A stretch of DNA of 64,000 nt from Thermodesulfobacteriota bacterium (GTDB taxonomy: Bacteria > Desulfobacterota > Binatia > Bin18): assembly GCA_964291405.2 (NCBI GenBank), contig OZ219926.1, positions 2,144,001 through 2,208,000 on the forward strand, read 5' to 3'. A model generated the notes under the pieces. The model was not told the origin of the DNA. It ran no database searches and was given only the letters and a program-made list of their open reading frames with translations. The translations under genes and the position numbers were made by a program. Below, piece by piece: positions 63,891 to 64,000 of this stretch; the stretch's first letter is position 1; every line of letters starts with the position of its first letter.

Positions 63891-64000
63891 TCAACGCCCT
63901 TGCTCGCTCACCTCAAACACCAGTCGCCCGGCGGCCTCCTGTGCCTGGACACGAGCGAGAATCTCAGCAGGGAGTTGGAGCGAGCGCTCCTCGGGAAATT
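63891..64000 (-). CDS. 3' end of a second DUF1329-like paralog (continues beyond window)
   Basis: NFPEERSLQLPAEILARVQAQEAAGRLVFEVSEQGR* versus KFPEERPLQIPAEVVARIQAQEAAGRLVFGGSEQER*. Confidence 0.75.
   Translation of the reverse strand, partial: FPEERSLQLPAEILARVQAQEAAGRLVFEVSEQGR

Overview
64-kb bacterial chromosomal window, moderately GC-rich. Gene content (SCP-x-type thiolase, CaiB CoA-transferase, amidohydrolase, cofC, GAF-PtsP, DUF1329-like proteins) and a sup-type PKS suggest a marine-sponge-associated deltaproteobacterium-like organism such as Binatia; this taxonomy is inference only. Bases 1-22.9 kb and 26.4-44 kb are mostly housekeeping: pdhA'/pdhB, gloB, aspC-coaD-rsmD-thiolase, cofC-miaA-accA-pheA-hisC-tyrA-aroA-cmk-rpsA-ihfB, an AAA+/vWA pair, typA, fhs, alkA, thiD, ptsP, HU and queE. 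There are three accessory zones. (1) A ~3.5-kb decayed defence-like island splits the AAA+/vWA pair; it holds an HsdR relic, an orphan RelB/DinJ antitoxin, two PIN proteins and an XRE-ImmA/IrrE protein with its own operator. (2) A FimB/E-like tyrosine recombinase, hsp20 and a small unknown ORF. (3) A complete supA-E-type PKS cluster at 48.9-63.2 kb. Its permease carries a degenerate RsbW-like domain and a STAS (RsbV-like) gene is divergent from supA, suggesting a partner-switching module. The cluster lies between diverged direct duplications of the amidase/DUF1329 junction. Several intergenic palindromic repeats were found. No rRNA, tRNA or CRISPR array was seen.
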